Source: Hypanus sabinus
Lineage: Eukaryota
NCBI RefSeq assembly: GCF_030144855.1
Contig: NW_026779273.1
Coordinates: 62,001-126,000 of the forward strand
Direction of reading: 5' to 3'
DNA length: 64,000 nucleotides
The translations under genes and the position numbers were made by a program. Under the pieces are notes generated by a model, which did not search any database, had not been told where the DNA came from, and saw nothing but the letters and a program-made list of their open reading frames with translations. This document shows positions 12,625 to 24,006 of this stretch, piece after piece; position 1 is the stretch's first letter, and every line of letters begins with the position of its first letter.

Positions 12625-13150
12625 TTCTGTACCTAATAAAATGGCCACTCACTGTATGTTCGTGGTCCTCTGCTATTGCAGCCCATCCGCTCCAAGGTTC
12701 AACATATTGTGTATTCAGAGATGCTCCTCTGCACACCACAGTTGTAACACGTGGGAACTGGAATTACTGCCGCCGTCCTCTCAGCTTGAAAGTGTCTGGC
12801 AGTTCTCCGCCAACCTCGGCCATTGACAGGACGCTTTCACCCACACAATTACCACAACAGTGTTTCGCGCCATTCTCTGTAAACACAAGAGACGGTTGTG
12901 TGTGAACATCCCAGGAATTCAGCAGTTTCTGAGATACGGAACCTCTCCCGGATTGACACCAATAGTCATTCTACGTTCAAAGTAAATTAGATCACATTTC
13001 TTCCCTATTCTGATGTTTGGACTGAACAGAAATGGAACCTTTTGACCATTTCTGCATGCTCTTATGCATTGACTTGCTGCAACACGATTGGTTGATGAGT
13101 CATTTGCATTAACGAGTGGGTGAAGTGCCGGCTAATAAAGTGGCCACATC
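12625..13150 (-). mobile_element. Tc1/mariner-derived non-autonomous element
   Basis: Both ends carry TAATAAA(A/G)TGGCCAC; internal transposase HTH-like remnant; partial copies at about 1-130 and 26050-26290. Confidence 0.55.
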
Positions 13151-13991
13151 ATCTGAGTAACGAATGTAAACATGGACAGATGGGTTTGTAAGTTTGAAAG
13201 CGACACAATGATTGACGGCGTCATGGATGTCAGAGCGGGTTGTCCACAAAGAGACCGGGTTATCTGTGTGGTCAGTGCGTAGCTGAGCTGATAATGAGGC
13301 CACTGAGTGTACGTTGTGTTGTCTTTATTATCTCCTCTGCAGACCTTCGCTGCTCCTTCTCACCTTTCTCAGTATTCCGTCTGGAGGAGAGATTGACCAA
13401 CCCGAGGCAGCAGCATATTGAGCTGCTACTGATTTTCGCTTCTGTTCCTAGCAGGAGACGAACGACGTTCTGTGGTGGCCCTAACACAACCACTTCTGCG
13501 TCGACTCGCCACGAAATTCCCTGTGACTTTCACGCGCATTCAGTCTGCGGGTCCAGAGTCAGAGAATCAGTAGACACACACAAATGCATTACGGATAATT
13601 CCGCCTANNNNNNNNNNNNNNNNNNNNNNNNNNNNNNNNNNNNNNNNNNNNNNNNNNNNNNNNNNNNNNNNNNNNNNNNNNNNNNNNNNNNNNNNNNNNN
13701 NNNNNNNNNNNNNNNNNNNNNNNNNNNNNNNNNNNNNNNNNNNNNNNNNNNNNNNNNNNNNNNNNNNNNNNNNNNNNNNNNNNNNNNNNNNNNNNNNNNN
13801 NNNNNNNNNNNNNNNNNNNNNNNNNNNNNNNNNNNNNNNNNACTGTGAATACGTGCCCCGTACAGCATCCGCGCCCGGAGAGGGCGGGATCAGGGAGGCT
13901 TTAAAGCGAGGCCGCGAAGTTCGAATAAAATCTTCTTTAACTGCAGTGTACCGACTCCGTGTCGTTATTTTAGCGCAGCATGTAGCACACC

Positions 13992-13994
<3 letters not shown>

Positions 13995-14072
<78 letters not shown>

Positions 14073-14078
14073 GAGAGA
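13995..14078. repeat. (GA)n/(GACA)n microsatellite
   Basis: Read directly from the sequence. Confidence 0.95.
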
Positions 14079-14354
14079 CCGATACGGAAGAAGGGAATGC
14101 ACCCAGGCAATCACCACTTGTCTACCGTTGTGAAAGGGATGTGGTAAGTCAAGTAGAGACAGTTGATGATTCGGCAGAGTATAACCGCGCATGTCTCGAT
14201 TCAGATAGGCCAAAAGAAGCACGGGGCGTGGCCATCCGTTTCACCAATGACCATTGAGGTCACTGAGTTACATCACAAGCGGGACCAAGGTGAACGGATT
14301 CATTGCTCCTGAACACAACACTTTCACTTGGGACGGAATAAACCTCCAGGGAAG

Positions 14355-14931
14355 ATGTTGCTGTTTCTCCAGCTGATCGTCTCCTTCCACTGTGAGGGAA
14401 ATTTGCTAATATTTTTTCCTCTCATTTTCCTCGGGTAATCCTCACGTCCTTTCGTCCTGTGCCGTTTCTGTCTCATTATGCGCTTTTCTCCGCACATTTC
14501 CATCCTCACTGTGATCTTTCTTCGTACGGGGCGCCGCGCGAAAATATCCCAAATTCAACCCACCCTCTTCTATACACCGCCGTTCTCGACTTCCGCTTAC
14601 TCACCTCTTTTCACTCCCACTCTCTTCCTCAGATGTGAACCCGGTGACGATCCGCCAGATTCCAGCTTTCTCCAGTCCTACCGGCCGGGCTGTGACGCTG
14701 AACTGTACTGTCGAGGGGAGTAGCAACACAGCTGATACGATGCTCTGGTACAGACAATACCGGGGACAGGGGCTCGAGAACTTGTTCTACTCTACATATG
14801 CCGGCATCGTGGAACCAAAGGGGTTGCTGTACGGCTTTACCGCAGTGAGGCCGAGCAGCTACGTCTTCAGGCTGAGTTCCGTCGGATTGAAGGCGAATTC
14901 GTCAGCCGTGTACTTCTGTGCCTGGCGTGAT
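14355..14931 (+). CDS. TRBV: TRBV V5 (family C, related to B), probably functional
   Basis: Leader 14355-14391 MLLFLQLIVSFH; V exon 14633-14931 VTIRQIP...LNCTVEG...WYRQ...YFCAWRD. Confidence 0.93.
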
Positions 14932-14970
14932 CACAGCGACTGGGTCAGACGGAGGAGCTGAACAAAAACC
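14932..14970 (+). other. 23-RSS of V5
   Basis: CACAGCG-23-ACAAAAACC. Confidence 0.95.
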
Positions 14971-15010
14971 TCACCGGCTTATGTCAGTCTGAGCGTGAGT
15001 GTGAGTCTGT

Positions 15011-15024
15011 CCGACAGGTGGCGC
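15011..15024 (+). promoter_or_regulatory. CTCF motif 3' of V5 RSS
   Basis: CCGACAGGTGGCGC, 40 bp after the nonamer. Confidence 0.6.
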
Positions 15025-16416
15025 TGCGTTGCTGCCACTGAGGTGAATAAAGGGCGACGGTATAGCAGCTGCGCTTGTCATGTATTTTTCTTGTCAGGCA
15101 TTAAAATGGCGGAAGCGATTCTGCACAGATATTTTTGCACTCGTTCTGTTTTTATTTTAGGTGAAAGCTTCCCTCCGATGATCAGACTAAATAGAAAGTA
15201 CCTCCATCTGAATTCGCCATTCTCCAATCATGCGCTCTCAACCCACTACGTCTTTTTGTCGTAACATAAAATGCAAGAACACTTGGTGTGTTGAGGAACA
15301 GCTGGTCCTCGGTGTAGATTGGCAATAACCCCACCCTGAAACGTTCGCAGTGCTGATGAACAGGGAGAACCTGGTGATCTGGCCGTCCCACGCTCGGTTG
15401 CTTGGTATCTCGGGGAAGGGTGCGGGACTGCAATGGCTTCACGCACAACAGGAGCTTGTCGTCAGCAAGAAAACAGGTGAGCTGACTGTCACGTAGGAAG
15501 AGGCTTACACTCAGATGCCATCGTGTTGTTATTCGTCAGATTACATGCTGCAGGCGTTGTTATTTCGTCCCTCCCTGAACATTCAAAAGGGAGAAATTCT
15601 TCTCCGCAAAGAACTTCACAGACGGGTCCTCGTCACGTGACTCTGTCGATCGTATCTTCCCAGTGAGGCCACCTAGATTGAGATTCCGACTATCTGCAGT
15701 CTCCCTGCACCTACCCTGCACCCATTGGTCCCTTCGCCCATCTGATGGGCACTTTGACAGCGGCGCCGGAGGCAGGCATATCTCTGACGTAACGCCTGTA
15801 CTCCCCAAAGGTTCTTGGAGGCTGCCTGACAAGAGGACGTAGTTCTGTAAGCAATGTACTAAACAGAAAATAAATAGGAAATGTCTAGACATGGGTAGAT
15901 AAATAGATAGATGGATTGATAAACAGACTAACAGAAAAATACCTAGAATGATAGACAGATAGATAGATAGAAAGAAAGAGACAGATAGATAGATAGACAG
16001 ACAGACCGTCAGATTGGCAGTTAGATAAATGGAACGATAGGTAGCTTGAGAAAAGAAAGATAGATGCGTACATACAAAAGTATTCAGACAAAAGGACGGA
16101 GAGAGAATACCGTCACAGCTCAGAGGTGACAACTGATGATTAAGGACGGTAGGCAGGGAGAGGGTGAGAGTCATACTGAGGCAGACACAAAAGGAGAGAG
16201 TCGATGCGCCCGACAACCAGCTTCAGCTTATTAGGGACTGGAGGTGTTCGTGTAGATGTAGAGGAAGAGAATAATCTTCAGAGAGAGAGGGGGAAGAGCA
16301 AGATAGAGAGAATTTCTCTGGGTGGAGAGAGTTAGGTAGGTGTCCACCTAATTTGCATCGAACGTTAAACATTCGTTCTGAATGGTTGAGAGAAGAACGA
16401 AGCGGGGCAACAAAGC

Positions 16417-16612
16417 AGCACTGACTGCGAGAGGCGGCGGCTGTGTCCTATGTCCGGCAAACAGGAAACGCTGGGGGGACTCAGCACGTCAGGCAGTATC
16501 TATGGAGGGGAATAAGCACTGACTGCGAGAGGCGGCGGCTGTGTCCTATGTCCGGCAAACAGGGAACGCTGGGGGGACTCAGCACGTCAGGCAGTATCTA
16601 TGGAGGGGAATA
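16417..16612. repeat. Two near-identical 98-bp tandem copies at the head of a SINE-like repeat
   Basis: AGCACTGACTGCGAGAGGCGG...GGGGAATA starts at 16417 and again at 16515. Confidence 0.9.
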
Positions 16613-16704
16613 AGCAGTCGATGTTTAATCCCGAGTCTTTGCATCAGAACTGGAAGAGAATCTAAAATAATAAAATGCGGAAGCAGAAGGAGCACAAGAC
16701 GAGG

Positions 16705-18060
16705 TTGTACAAACACACCGCAAATGGTGGGTAATGTCCAGAGACAGAGGGACCTCGGTGTACGAAGGTAGGGCACACACCGTGAACGGTGTGGAGTGTC
16801 CAGAGGCAGAATGACCTCGGTGTACGAGGGTCGGACACACAGTGTGAACGGTGGGGAGTGTCCAGGGACAGAGGGACCTCGGTGTACGAGGGTAGGACAC
16901 ACACCGTGAACGGTGGGGAGTGTCGAGGGACAGGGGGACCTAGGTGTACGAGGGTAGGACACACACCGTGAACGGTGGGGAGTGTCCAGGGAGAGGGGGA
17001 CCTCGGTGTACGGGGGTCGGACACACACAGTGAACGGTGAGGAGTGTCCAGGGACAGGGGGACCTTGGTGTAGGAGGGTAAGACACACACCGTGAACGGT
17101 GGGGAGTGTCCAGGGACAGGGGGACCTCGGTGTACGAGGGTAGGACACACACCGTGAACGGTGGGGAGTGTCGAGGGACAGAGGGACCTCGGTGTACGGG
17201 GGTCGGACACACACCGTGAACGGTGGGGAGTGTCGAGGGACAGGGGGACCTCGGTGTACGAGGGTTGGACACACACCGTGAACGGTGGGGAGTGTCGAGG
17301 GACAGGGGGACCTCGGTGTACGAGGGTAGGACACACACCGTGAACGGTGGGGAATGTCGAGGGATAGAGGGACCTCGGTGTACGAGGGTAGGACCCACAC
17401 CGTGAACGGTGGGGAGTGTCGAGGGACAGGGGGACCTCGGTGTACGAGGGTAGGACACACACCGTGAACGGTGGGGAGTGTCGAGGGACAGGGGGACCTC
17501 GGTGTACGAGGGTCGGACACACCGTGAACGGTAGGGAGTGTCGAGGGATAGAGGGACCTCGGTGTACGAGGGTAGGACCCACACCGTGAACGGTGGGGAG
17601 TGTCGAGGGACAGGGGGACCTCGGTGTACGAGGGTAGGACACACACCGTGAACGGTGGAGAGTGTCCAGGGAGAGGGGGACCTCGGTGTACGAGGGTAGG
17701 ACCCACACCGTGAACGGTGGGGAGTGTCGAGGGACAGGGGGACCTCGGTGTACGAGGGTAGGACACACACCGTGAACGGTGGAGAGTGTCCAGGGAGAGG
17801 GGGACCTCGGTGTACGGGGGTCGGACACACACCGTGAACGGTGGGGAGTGTCCAGGGACAGGGGGACCTCGGTGTACGAGGGTAGGACACACACCATGAA
17901 CGGTGGGGAGTGTCGAGGGACAGAGGGTCCTCGGTATACGGGGGTCGGACACACCGTGTACGGTGGGGTGTGTCCAGGGACAGGGGGACCTCGGTGTAAG
18001 AGAGTAGGACCCACACAGTGTGGGTAATCTTAACGAGCAGAGGACCCTCGGTGTGCGAGT
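16705..18060. repeat. G-rich minisatellite, about 21 copies of a 62-bp unit
   Basis: Unit GTGTACGAGGGTAGGACACACACCGTGAACGGTGGGGAGTGTCGAGGGACAGGGGGACCTCG (some units 60 bp). Confidence 0.97.
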
Positions 18061-18691
18061 GTGCACGGTGGGGAGAGTCGAAGGGTGGAGGGGCCTCTGT
18101 GTGCGAAGATAGCAGAGTGCTGGATAATGGGGATTGCTAAGAGACGGGGAAGGGATGCGATAACGAGGGTCGTTGTGAGCTGTTTTGCGTCCCTTTCCCA
18201 GGACTGGAAGAGATGAAATCGGAGATAATCAAGGGAGATGCAGGAGAATGATCCCCACATTTCGGGACGAGCCCCCTCATCGGGAGATGTCTGCTGACGA
18301 CCAGCGAGAGGATGCCGGATAGACGGAATGGAGATCAGATGACCAGGGTATAGGCAGAATCGCATCTTCACACTTAATGTCTGTGCTTGCTGAGGGATTC
18401 AAGTCACTGAACCCAACCTGAGACCAAAGCTTCACATTCGACCCTTGAAAAGAAAGAGTTAATTTTGATTCCTGCTTGTTATATCTGCAAAATGGAGTAA
18501 CACGGAGTAGCAGTTTGTAAGAAAACAATGATTTCAGCCCGGAACCTGGTAAGAGCATGAAGATGTCCATGGACACAGATCCTTTAGGATTGATCGTGGA
18601 GAAGAATATGGTCTTCCCTACAGATCTGCTCTCACTCCCTCGCTGTCATTGAGCTGGATCGGAGGGCGACATGTGGAGGTACAGGCCGCTA

Positions 18692-18705
18692 ACACTAGGG
18701 GGCGG
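18692..18705 (+). promoter_or_regulatory. CTCF motif upstream of V6
   Basis: ACACTAGGGGGCGG. Confidence 0.55.
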
Positions 18706-19375
18706 AAAGCACCGCAGTAAAATGTACGTTCGATCACACGACGCGAATGAACAGGGTCAAATTATTTTTGTGAATGTAAATTTTCAGCGAACCTGGTGAG
18801 TTTCGGGGGTGAGAGCAGGGAGGCATGAGAAAGGGGTGGGGAGAGAAAGAGAGAGAGTGAGATCAAGAGAGAGAGAGAGATAGAGAGGGAGGGAGAGAGG
18901 GAGGGAGCGGGAGAGAGACAGAGATTTAATGCAGAATCCTACTCAATGCGGGAGACAGGGCATTTTGTAAGCTTCATTAAGTGGCCCTCGTCGCCAGAGA
19001 ATCTTAGGTTCAGCGAAAGGAATGTCACCTGCGGTCCGTCATCTGGCACTTGTTGTGTAGATCTACGGAACTGCATTGACTTGGAAGTTTAAATAAGTCG
19101 CACGCAGTAGGATAACATGGGGTGGGCTGTGGTGACGAAAGAGAGAGGGAAGGCGGGAACAGCAAATCAGAGAGTGTGTTGTCCGGTCAACATGGTTGAG
19201 TGGGACCGGCACATCCGTCAAATCAGGTTGGTGCGTGGAAGGGGCGGGGCCAATCGGTATTTCCGTCAATCCACCTACTACACTGATATATGCAACAATC
19301 CGGATTGAAGTGAATGGATTCGTCTCTGCTTCGCGCACTACTTTGATCACTGAGAGAATAAACCCTCCGAGGAAA

Positions 19376-20345
19376 ATTTTGCTCTTTCTGATCTTCATCC
19401 TCGCCTTCCGCTGAGTGAAAGTTCCAAATTGTTTTCTTTTTTTCTTTACCCCCGTCATTCTTTCAAATTCCCTTCTGTTGTCGTCTTGAAGTCATTATTG
19501 TACAGTTACGAACCCTTACTTCCGCGCCCTGTCTTCCCTGTGCCGCTACCTCTAAATTCTGCTCTCTTCTTGGAATTTCCCGACTCCGGCCCTCCTCTGT
19601 CCTTTCTTCGAGACTCGTTCCTTTTTCCCCTTCCCCATTGACGCGAATCTCAGTTTGCAGCACCCCGCCCCCACCCCCCCACCACCACCACCAAAGTGAG
19701 CGTGTTAATTGCTGCACGAATCGCCATTTCCAATAGTGGGAGAACAAATACACATCATTGATGTCGCGGTTTCTACTACCAACGCGAGGGAAATTCGCAA
19801 ACTCATTCTGTTTGTCTCCCTCCCTTCCTTTCTCTTAGCCCCATTTCCTCTCCACCATTACCGTTCGCAGTCTAATTGTGTGCTTGCCTCTTCTACTTTC
19901 CACACCCTCCCTGTCTTCCCTCTTCCGTCTCTTCTCCATTCCGACAGCCTCGCCACAAGCCCCAATTTTAAACCTCCCTCATTTTTTTTTCTACTGTACA
20001 CCTCGTCTTCGTCATCGGCAATTCACCATCTTTCCAGTAATCTCACCTCCCCCTGTTGCCATACTCTTCTCCAGTGGTGATCCACCAGACGCCGGCTTTC
20101 TCCGGAACTTCCGGCCAGAAGGTGACCCTGAATTGCATAGTGGAGGGTAACAACTTGTAGTGGTACCGGCAATACCCGAGTCAGGGTCCAGAGACCATGT
20201 TTTACTCGATGATAGCTAATACCGTGCTGCCAGAGGAATTGGTCGGTGATTTCCGGCGAAGAGACCACTAAACAGCGAGTTTTTGCTGAAGTCCGACAAA
20301 CTGGAGGCGAATTCGTCGGCCGTCTATTTCTGCGCCTGGAGTGAT
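19376..20345 (+). pseudogene. TRBV: TRBV V6 pseudogene (family B)
   Basis: ATG->ATT at 19376; splice donor lost (CGCT|GAGTG); TAG at 20158-20160 before WYRQ; 1-bp frameshift in FR3; ends YFCAWSD. Confidence 0.93.
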
Positions 20346-20384
20346 CACGGCGGCTCAGAGTGACGGGGCAGCTGAAATAAAACT
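20346..20384 (+). other. 23-RSS of V6 with degraded nonamer
   Basis: CACGGCG-23-AATAAAACT. Confidence 0.85.
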
Positions 20385-21078
20385 CTCACTGCCAGAACAG
20401 CGAAACAGGAAAGACGAGTCCTGTCAATCATATGGTGGGAGGACGGTCTACCATTGAATAATGTTCGCCCTAGCCGCCAATCAGTAAGTGAAGGGGGGGG
20501 GGACTTTTTGCATTTATGTCTTACCCTAAAGTATTTAGCTGCGTGAAGATTATCCGCGCACTATTTTTCCCAAACACTTCATTGTCTTCCTACAGATCCT
20601 CATTAAGGGATGTTGGTAACTTTTGAGTACGTCCGACAGTCGCTCATCATGTGCAGTCCCCCAGATCAAACCTCCCGTTCTTCGTCCCTTTTGTTCACTC
20701 GTTCGCGGGAAGTTCACGACTGCTGAGGACTGGAGGACCTCGTTCTGTAAGAGTAGGCCGTAAAAACCCGTGAATGGTGGGGAGTATCCAGCGACTAATG
20801 GAGTTCGCTTTGAATCCTCCCGCAGTCAGCATGAACGAAACAAACACCAAAACTAGAAGATAATAAAATAAACATATCGGTCAAACCGCAGAGAAGGAGC
20901 AAAGAACGCAGAGAATATTAACCATCAGTCAGAGCAGGAAGATGTACATGGAAACATATCCTTGAGGTTGGATACTGGAGAAGAATATCTATCGTCTTCC
21001 TCACAGATCTGCTCTCTCCACCTCTCTGCCATTGAGCGAAATGAGAGGGTGAGCGACATGTGAAGGCACAGGCCGCTA

Positions 21079-21092
21079 CCACTAGGGGGCCT
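21079..21092 (+). promoter_or_regulatory. CTCF motif between V6 and V7
   Basis: CCACTAGGGGGCCT. Confidence 0.6.
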
Positions 21093-22286
21093 AAATGCGC
21101 TGGGTTAAAAGTTATCTTGCATTGCTCGAATGGTATGAGGAGGGAACGAATTGCCTGTGTACAGTGACCCTTTCGCTTTGGATGGATCACGACAAGCGCT
21201 CAGNNNNNNNNNNNNNNNNNNNNNNNNNNNNNNNNNNNNNNNNNNNNNNNNNNNNNNNNNNNNNNNNNNNNNNNNNNNNNNNNNNNNNNNNNNNNNNNNN
21301 NNNNNNNNNNNNNNNNNNNNNNNNNNNNNNNNNNNNNNNNNNNNNNNNNNNNNNNNNNNNNNNNNNNNNNNNNNNNNNNNNNNNNNNNNNNNNNNNNNNN
21401 NNNNNNNNNNNNNNNNNNNNNNNNNNNNNNNNNNNNNNNNNNNNNNNNNNNNNNNNNNNNNNNNNNNNNNNNNNNNNNNNNNNNNNNNNNNNNNNNNNNN
21501 NNNNNNNNNNNNNNNNNNNNNNNNNNNNNNNNNNNNNNNNNNNNNNNNNNNNNNNNNNNNNNNNNNNNNNNNNNNNNNNNNNNNNNNNNNNNNNNNNNNN
21601 NNNNNNNNNNNNNNNNNNNNNNNNNNNNNNNNNNNNNNNNNNNNNNNNNNNNNNNNNNNNNNNNNNNNNNNNNNNNNNNNNNNNNNNNNNNNNNNNNNNN
21701 NNNNNNNNNNNNNNNNNNNNNNNNNNNNNNNNNNNNNNNNNNNNNNNNNNNNNNNNNNNNNNNNNNNNNNNNNNNNNNNNNNNNNNNNNNNNNNNNNNNN
21801 NNNNNNNNNNNNNNNNNNNNNNNNNNNNNNNNNNNNNNNNNNNNNNNNNNNNNNNNNNNNNNNNNNNCATACAGGGCACAGTTTCAGACATAACAGCGCG
21901 AAGCCCACATCACGACACACCAGTGATCTCATCGAAAGAGAGCTGCACGAGGGTACATCTCCTTTCACCGGTTTCTGTCGATTTCCGAAATTACGAAGTC
22001 TTGGGAACGATTAAGAAAATCATACACAGTCAGCTAAAGGTGGAGAGGAAAGAAGTGAGTGTGAGGGACGGGGACAGCGACAGAAAGTGTATTGTGTGGC
22101 CAAACTGGTTGACCGGAGGCAGCAGCCCTCGAATAAGGTTGGAGAATGGAAGGGGCGTGGCCAATGCCTACGTCCTCAAGTCCACCTACGTCACCGGTAT
22201 ATGTATCCGACCGGATGGAAGTGAATGAATTCGTCTCTGCTGCACGCGCCACGTTCATCACTGAGAGAGTCAACCCGACAAGGAAG

Positions 22287-22918
22287 ATGATTCTCTTTCT
22301 GCAATTCATCCTCGCCTTCCGCTGTGAGTGAAAGTTCCAAATATTTTTTTTTCTCTCTGCTTCTTTTTTCCTTTCACGTTTCTTCCACTTTCTTTCCCCT
22401 CCCATAATCTATGACTCGTACCTTATTTATTTACGAGCCCCCGCGTTCAAACTATCTGCCCTCTGCCGCCGCTATTAAATTCCGCCCTTCTATCGAAATA
22501 TCCCCTTCTTCAGTCATTTTATTTGCGTCCTTCAATGCACACTGTGTACCCTGCTCCCCATTGATCCGTGTCTCCGCTTCCCTTCTCCCCGTTCAGCCAA
22601 TCCCGTCTCTTTTTTCCAGACGCGACCTCGGTGACGATCCATCAGACTCCGGCTTTCTCCGGAACTGCCGGCCGCAACGTGACGCTGCGTTGTACAGTCG
22701 AGGGTAGCACCAGTGCCAGCAATTGGTTGTACTGGTACCGACAATACCCGGGAAAGGGTCCGGAGTACATGTTTTACTCGAGCACAGCTAATTCCGTGCA
22801 CCCAAAGGAATTGGTCGGCGGTTTTACGGCGGAGAGACCGCAGACCGACAAGTTCTTCCTGACGTCTAACAAACTGGAGGCGAGTTCGTCGGCCGTGTAT
22901 TTCTGCGGCTGGAGTGAT
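22287..22918 (+). CDS. TRBV: TRBV V7 (family B), probably functional
   Basis: Leader 22287-22323; V exon 22620-22918 VTIHQTP...LRCTVEG...WYRQ...YFCGWSD. Confidence 0.94.
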
Positions 22919-22957
22919 CACGGCGGCTCAGAGTGACGGGGCAACTGTACAAAAACT
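22919..22957 (+). other. 23-RSS of V7
   Basis: CACGGCG-23-ACAAAAACT. Confidence 0.95.
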
Positions 22958-24006
22958 CACACTGTCAGCGGGGTCGCTGCTGGCAGCTGAACAGGAAATG
23001 CGACGACTGTCAATCAGCGGTTGGGAGGAGGGTCTATCAGTGATGCGCTGCGCCCTGGCGATCAATCGATGAGAGAAGGGGCGGAACTATTCCATTTAAT
23101 ATTCTCCCTTATTAAGGATTGTTATCGGTGAAGATGATCCGTGCACTAAACTCTCCACTCCATCATTCCTTTTTTTATGTGCGGTCTCCCCGCATATCTC
23201 CAGCGCCAGAGGCTCGTAACCTTTGAGTGCGACTGGCCATCGCTCATCATGTGCCGTCCACAGGATCAAATCTACCGCTCTTTATCCCTTCTGTTCATTC
23301 GCCGAAGCACAGCACAAGCTGGGATGTTGGAGACAGTTGAGGATCAGAAGGACCCCGGTGTATAAGGGTCGTACGTAAACGTTGTGAATGGTGGGGAGAG
23401 TCGAGGGACAGTGGGACCACCTTATATAAGGAAATGACTAACAAACCGTCCATGTCGGGGACAGACCAGCGGAAAAAGGTGCACAATCAGTGGAACACAC
23501 GCTTTGAACAAGTACAGGCTGGCAGGTGATGGAAAAGATCAGGCGAGGGGGAAAGATGGGCGGATGGGGTTGTGAGGGCTTTTGTTTGAGATGCTGGGAG
23601 TAGACAGCTGGAATAGATAAAGAGAGGAAGTAAGTCAGCTGACACTGGAGAGCGGTGGGTTATTGGAAAAGTGGCGGGAGGCCGGGGGGGGGGGGCGACC
23701 GGAAGGACATGATGGACAGGTGAGACGATAAGGTGTAGGTGGGTTTCCCTAATAGGGAACGGAAAGATAATGGTGATATTTGCCAACCCGCTTCGAAACA
23801 TCCAAACCCATCCGCTTTGCATGTTTACAGCTCGGCTCTTGCCGTCAGTTTACCAAATTCAAAGGAGGTACACCGCTACGGAAGTGACGTGTTGTCACTC
23901 AGCCAACGGAAAGACCTTTATCAGGCCGCGCACAGAGACGTCCCTGACATCTGATAACAAGCTTCATTTGGTTCCACACAGCGGAACTACCCTCATCCTG
24001 TAAACG

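Noticed and set aside
16417-16612. 98-bp direct repeat as a functional element
   Set aside because: Duplicated head of a dispersed repeat; may be an assembly slip
16705-18060. CRISPR-like array or a true TRBD array
   Set aside because: Eukaryotic tandem repeat with no unique spacers; the D-like core lacks valid flanking 12- and 23-RSSs
16579-18066. Long ORFs (495, 450 and 358 aa) on the minus strand
   Set aside because: Stop-free read-through of the 62-bp minisatellite in several frames; not credible genes
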